Assembly (NCBI GenBank): GCA_900299205.1
Contig: OMIW01000142.1
Coordinates: 1 to 54,890, forward strand
Direction: 5' to 3'
DNA from: Pseudomonadota bacterium
GTDB taxonomy: Bacteria; Bdellovibrionota_C; UBA2361; OMIW01
DNA length: 54,890 bases
Shown here: piece after piece, positions 50,127-54,890 of the stretch
Layout: every line of letters starts with the position of its first letter
Position numbering within the stretch: position 1 is the stretch's first letter
Position numbers and translations under genes: made by a program
Notes under the pieces: model-generated
Told to the model about the DNA's origin: nothing
Seen by the model: the letters and a program-made list of their open reading frames with translations, nothing else
Database searches by the model: none

Positions 50127-51095
50127 ATGGGCAAAATAATTGATTGGTTTGTCGGATTTACAAACAAAAATTGGAGACACGGTGGTTGCGTTTTACGCGA
50201 TCTGCGTCGGGCCAGAGACCAGGGGATACTCTTTATTGAGGCCGCTTTCCTTCTTCCCGTTGCCGTGGTGTTCCTCCTCGGGGTCGTGGAGGTGGGCAAT
50301 TGGTATTATCAGGGGCTGCGTTTAGGTAACCTCGCTCAAAACCTGGCTACAGGCGTCCAGCAAGACCCGTCCATATCGCCTCACAACCTGTATCGACTGA
50401 CGGTTTCAACAAGTTCCCTCCCAGAGGTGAATAGGACGGGGGGAGCAGTACCGGTAAATTGCCCACCGGAAACGTGCGAGATTCAAGGATTATCGAGGAC
50501 ATTGGTAGCCTCAACGACCCCGCTCAGCCAAGGCTCGGTACAAAGCGCTTCATCGTCAGACTGGTCGAACCCGTGGGAAAACGACTCTGACCCGTCGAAC
50601 GACCGTCAACCGTACTATGTTGGTGTGGCAGTGAGCTATCCTCGCACGAGCTTATTTTCAAGACTGTTTTCCACGACATCGCGGACGAGCCGTTGGTCGT
50701 CAGTTGTGGTCAACCCCGCGATTCAGCCTCGGGTGACCACTGAGGTTCGGTTTTTCAGGTTTAAAACCTGGGACAATGACGAACTTGAAAGGTACGGGGG
50801 ATACAGGCGAGTTCAAATCGGGACTACCTCAGTCAATGAATCAGTTCCGGCGGAATCGTTAATGAATGGGCCAACTCCATTTGTAACGGATGAGGTAGCG
50901 GCCCAACACGGATCCAGCGACTGGGGGCTCAGGTGTCGACAAGAAAACGGATGGGTACCAATAACGTGTAGTCTCCAAGCGAAAAGTGGGGACCGAGATC
51001 TGAGGGCAAAGAACAATGGATGTTTCTCAGATGAGGGGGAGGAGAATGGAAAAGGTCGGATTTACCTCGGGTGTATGAAATCGATAGTGGATTAG
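50127..51095 (+). CDS. TadE-like pseudopilin with extended Cys-containing C-terminal domain
   Basis: Prepilin-like DQG/ILFIEAAFLLPVAVVFLLGVVEVG motif. Confidence 0.7.
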   Translation: MGKIIDWFVGFTNKNWRHGGCVLRDLRRARDQGILFIEAAFLLPVAVVFLLGVVEVGNWYYQGLRLGNLAQNLATGVQQDPSISPHNLYRLTVSTSSLPEVNRTGGAVPVNCPPETCEIQGLSRTLVASTTPLSQGSVQSASSSDWSNPWENDSDPSNDRQPYYVGVAVSYPRTSLFSRLFSTTSRTSRWSSVVVNPAIQPRVTTEVRFFRFKTWDNDELERYGGYRRVQIGTTSVNESVPAESLMNGPTPFVTDEVAAQHGSSDWGLRCRQENGWVPITCSLQAKSGDRDLRAKNNGCFSDEGEENGKGRIYLGCMKSIVD

Positions 51096-51324
51096 GGGTC
51101 AATAAGGGAAGTAAGCCCCTTCCCTCTCCTCGCGTCCACCGACGGGTCTCGGCTGGACCCTATCGCCCCTTTTGAGTCGCTCATTGATTCCTTGGCTAAA
51201 GCCCCTGGATGGGGGGGCTTGACAGGTATCGTAGAGCCCCATGAAAGAAGAAAGGTCAACGCGGTTCAGGGTCCCGAGGCACAACGAGACCGTCAGGATA
51301 CAAAGAGATTTGGTGATCACAATC

Positions 51325-51675
51325 TTAGGTGGCGCGGAGGCAGCTGAGCGAGTACGCGGTTGAGATCAATCTGTTTGGAGCACCCCCTTGTGAGCTTATG
51401 AGCTCTCCCCCAGAACTGAGGACTGCTATCTGTTTTCCCGCTGGACTCTCCATTGAAACTTGAATCCCGGCACTGACCCGCTGGATCGCGATCTGCCTCC
51501 CCGCCACGTCCCCAAGAGGCAGCGGGCCATCCCTCCCTTCGAGGACTCGGTGAAACTGCCCCACCTGCGGATAAATCCTCTGGTCCGCAAATGTCGCCCT
51601 GTCCGGCAGTTGTGATGGAGATTCCGGCCCTGCTGAACTAACACCAACCACGCCCTGCGTATCCCCAATCTTCAT
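51325..51675 (-). CDS. Hypothetical protein
   Basis: AGGAGG Shine-Dalgarno before ATG 51675; no motif. Confidence 0.5.
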   Translation of the reverse strand: MKIGDTQGVVGVSSAGPESPSQLPDRATFADQRIYPQVGQFHRVLEGRDGPLPLGDVAGRQIAIQRVSAGIQVSMESPAGKQIAVLSSGGELISSQGGAPNRLISTAYSLSCLRAT

Positions 51676-52271
51676 ACTACATCCTCCTGCACCCACGACC
51701 TACACCCAATCGCTTCTCACAAGCCCCTTTTCATTCTCACGATTTCTGAAAGCCTCATGTAGCTACCACGAAGACTGTCCCGGGACTCTGAGACACCGTA
51801 TCGTACACGATCTTTCGGCTTCAGCGTTAGCATCTTCCCTCAAAAAATAATGTCTTAAAGAAAACCAAATAAGCCCTCATAACCCAAGAATTACCCTTAT
51901 TGTCGATAGGTTATCATTGGGAACCTCCCTCTATCTCCGGGCGTGGTGAATAATTTTTTTTCTTTCTCCCGGGCGACTACAGATCCCCCCGCTTTTAAAA
52001 ACCTAAGCTCCCATCACTTAAACCTCTCGACCAGGAGTCGTCAATCCTCACCAAAAACTTGAGAAGATAGTGGTGAAACATCAGACTTACCATTATTTAA
52101 ACGGCTAAGTACCCTCCTCCCGCTTGTACTCACGGCGTGAGCCTCGAATCGGGCCCCTGCAAAACGCTGCTCTCCCTCTCCCCCTTCAATCAGCTATACT
52201 CTCCCTCAACGCAACTATCGCTCCTCTCCGATCCTCCTCGCTTGCCCTCTGTTTCTCTTTTTGTGTTCTCT

Positions 52272-54326
52272 ATGCGTCCCCGTCTCACTGTTATTCTTAC
52301 CATTCTCTCTTTTATCAGCTATCTCATCACTCATCTTCTTTTTCTTCAGGATTTTCCTATCTATTTTTTCTGTGATGAGGCGTACATCGGTAACAAGATT
52401 CACGAGCTGATTGCTCATAATTTTTCGGATGCATCTGGGCGGTTTCTTCCGCTCTACTACGAAAAAGCCCCTCAGCGGTGGGTTCCGCAGATCTCTTTGT
52501 ACCTTTACCTTCCCTTCGTGATGTTGTTTGGTGGTGGTATCGCAGCATTACGCGCAGGAACCGTCATCCTTTCGATTCCGGGGCTTATTGCGCTGTATCG
52601 ATTGGCCAAGGATGCTCTCCGATTGAAGGAGCCGTGGCTTGTTGTCGCAATCTTGGGCTCGCTGCCGGTGTGGTTCCTCCATGTCCGCACCGTTTTTGAG
52701 ACCGCTCTCATTATTCCCTTCCTTGCGATCTACCTCTGGCAGCTGACCCGGTGGCTCAATGGCGATAGACGGGCGGTCTTCGGCGCACCGATCACCGGTG
52801 CACTTCTTTTCTATTCCCATTTTTCTGGTTCGATCGCTTTTGTAGCGACCTCTCTTTCAGTTCTCCTTCTCAATCTGATTTCCATCGGACGACAGTGGCG
52901 TCGCGCTCTGATTTCAGGCGGGATTCTTCTCGTCCTTATGATTCCCTTTCTGATATTCTCTCAGCGAAGTCCAGGAGCGATGGCTGAACAGCTCTTCGTC
53001 GTCAATTCGCACTGGTATGTTCCCGGACTGAGTACCTCCGAGCGAGCCCAGCTCGCCATGACGTCTTACCTGAACTCATTTTCACTATCATATTGGTTTT
53101 CTCCGGATGGAGGGAGGCAGTACGATGCGGTTCGCCACCTGTGGGGAGGGCGGGGGTATCTGGGGTATTGGATTTTCCCGCTCGTCTTGGGAGGGGTAGG
53201 TATTTCGGTGTGGCGGTGGCGGGACCGGAACTATCGAATCGTGCTCGGCTGTCTCGTGGCATCAACAGCGGCTTCTCTTATCGTCCCCATCATGATTATG
53301 CGGGTGTTCGCGGTGCTCGTGCCGGTTTCGCTGCTCGCCGCGATCTCGATTGACTTCGCGGTAAACCTTGTCTCCTCTACCGCAGCACGCACCACCATGG
53401 TATCAATTCTCGGAGTTGGTTTCGCTTTGTTTCAGGGAAATCTACTTCGGGAAGCCATCACGAGAGGGCCAACCTGGTTCAGCGATTATGGCCTCTACGG
53501 GATGGCATGGGGAACAAAGGAGCTCTACGAATCATTTTTACCCGCCCTCGCCTCCCGTCATCCCGATGCATCTCTTCTTCTGACGAGTTCTTGGGCAAAT
53601 GGCGCTGATAGCTTTAACGAATTTTTTGTTCGGGACGCAACCAGTCCGCTCCACGGGCGGATATCGCTCGTCAACGTCGAGGACTTCAACGCAACCCTTC
53701 GTTCAGGGATTTCCGAGCGGGTGATCATCGTTTTAACCGAAGAGGAGTGGAAGAGGTTTCGGATAAATCCCAAGTTTTCGCTTTCGGAACCTATCGAGAT
53801 TCTGAACCTTCCCGACGGAAGGCCCGGTTTTTTCGCCGCGCATTTTAGCTATTCATCTGAAGCTCGAGAGATCTTCGAGCGGGAGCTCTCGGAGCGGCGC
53901 AAACCGATCACCAGCCGTACTGAACTTGGTTCTCTTGGCGGAGCCATTATCACCCACTCCCAATTCGATATCGGCTCCATCACCGATCTCTTCGATGACA
54001 GCGATTTCTCCCTTGTCCGAACCCCCGCCAATGTCAATCCTCTGATCCTTCAGATAATCCTCGATAGCCCGTCACCGCTCGCCCGAATAAAGGCCCGTCT
54101 CTGGCCGATGACGGTCGATTGGGAGGTTACTCTGACCGATTCGGGTGGCGTGGAGTGTTTTCACCAGAGGGGAAGAGAAAAGAATACCGGTGAAGATGCG
54201 ACGATTGATGTAGATATACCAACCTGCCCAACGGCAAAGGTGATTACCATCAGCTTTGGTGAAGCGGGGTATCACTCGGAGTCGCGGGTTCATGTGAAGA
54301 GGATAACCCTTGAGCAAGGGTCATGA
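52272..54326 (+). CDS. GT-C membrane glycosyltransferase (ArnT/PMT-like)
   Basis: N-terminal TM helix then FFCDEAY acidic motif, many TM helices, soluble C-terminal domain. Confidence 0.75.
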   Translation: MRPRLTVILTILSFISYLITHLLFLQDFPIYFFCDEAYIGNKIHELIAHNFSDASGRFLPLYYEKAPQRWVPQISLYLYLPFVMLFGGGIAALRAGTVILSIPGLIALYRLAKDALRLKEPWLVVAILGSLPVWFLHVRTVFETALIIPFLAIYLWQLTRWLNGDRRAVFGAPITGALLFYSHFSGSIAFVATSLSVLLLNLISIGRQWRRALISGGILLVLMIPFLIFSQRSPGAMAEQLFVVNSHWYVPGLSTSERAQLAMTSYLNSFSLSYWFSPDGGRQYDAVRHLWGGRGYLGYWIFPLVLGGVGISVWRWRDRNYRIVLGCLVASTAASLIVPIMIMRVFAVLVPVSLLAAISIDFAVNLVSSTAARTTMVSILGVGFALFQGNLLREAITRGPTWFSDYGLYGMAWGTKELYESFLPALASRHPDASLLLTSSWANGADSFNEFFVRDATSPLHGRISLVNVEDFNATLRSGISERVIIVLTEEEWKRFRINPKFSLSEPIEILNLPDGRPGFFAAHFSYSSEAREIFERELSERRKPITSRTELGSLGGAIITHSQFDIGSITDLFDDSDFSLVRTPANVNPLILQIILDSPSPLARIKARLWPMTVDWEVTLTDSGGVECFHQRGREKNTGEDATIDVDIPTCPTAKVITISFGEAGYHSESRVHVKRITLEQGS

Positions 54327-54458
54327 AATGACGGATTTGGTCGTTGAGCTGCTCGAGGACCGGCAGAGGGACGAGATAAATTGCCCGTTAAACTGAGAAC
54401 AACACCGCCAAATCGCAAGCTCGGCCGAGGTGAGATGCGGCCGAGCCACGAAAGACCC

Positions 54459-54890
54459 CTACTGCGCCTCGCCGGTTCGACTGACAAGCGGATTAATCCG
54501 ATAGCACACCCCGCCACTCATGCGGAGGTAAACGAAACCGTCGCGGGTCTTCGCGTTTATGCCGCGCGCCCGAGCACCATTCGCGATCTCACGATTCGTG
54601 CATCTCGGTACTCCACCCGCCGCACAGTATGCCCGCGGACGACGGGTCACATTCCATACTCCGTAATAGCCAAGACGAGCGGCCACTGCTCCATCTGAGT
54701 ACAAAAGCGTTGCGGGAAACGGAGGACACTCACGATTACAGATGAGGGTCGGACCCGCAGCGCGGGGATCGAACCGATTTATGTGGTCGGAGATTTGAGT
54801 CTTGTACAAAAACGCCTTTCCTACCTCGGTCTTCACGGTGCTGCACATCTTCCTGAATGTCCTACTTGTGGGAAGACTCTGCCCCTGAGC
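54459..54890 (-). CDS. Hypothetical Cys-rich protein, 5' part outside the window
   Basis: Frame is open from the window edge to TAG at 54459; six Cys in the last 130 aa. Confidence 0.5.
   Translation of the reverse strand, partial: AQGQSLPTSRTFRKMCSTVKTEVGKAFLYKTQISDHINRFDPRAAGPTLICNRECPPFPATLLYSDGAVAARLGYYGVWNVTRRPRAYCAAGGVPRCTNREIANGARARGINAKTRDGFVYLRMSGGVCYRINPLVSRTGEAQ

Noticed and set aside
51325-51675. Faint resemblance between this ORF and the N-terminal region of the M48 peptidase
   Set aside because: Only a few matching residues (F...L...P.PLG); cannot be supported without an alignment statistic.

Overview
Bacterial DNA from a flagellated organism with sigma54/sigma28-type promoters; a Bdellovibrionota/deltaproteobacterial-like lineage is my inference only. 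It carries housekeeping genes (ung, thrS, rsgA, fliG, rpsR, fliC, ispA-like, pgsA, smc, ftsY), an AmgK/RapZ-C/MurU-like recycling cluster, a 2951-aa cyclic beta-1,2-glucan synthase and a DDE insertion sequence. The main observation is at 22.2-25.9 kb: a plasmid-type Rep initiator gene, an AT-rich segment, a ~22-bp-periodic iteron array, a divergent Soj/Spo0J-like parAB pair and two identical non-canonical palindromes (candidate parS). The module sits among essential genes that point away from it, with an apparent GC-skew switch and no dnaA or DnaA-box cluster in the window, so it is a candidate Rep/iteron-driven origin of a chromid or chromosome. Other notable items: an RRM domain fused to ribosomal protein bS18, a group II intron 5' end inserted antisense into a BRCT gene that also has an in-frame stop, a tandem double MoxR-type AAA+ ATPase behind a sigma28-like promoter, and an SMC with an acidic head insertion and a degenerate hinge. 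No rRNA, tRNA or CRISPR array was seen.
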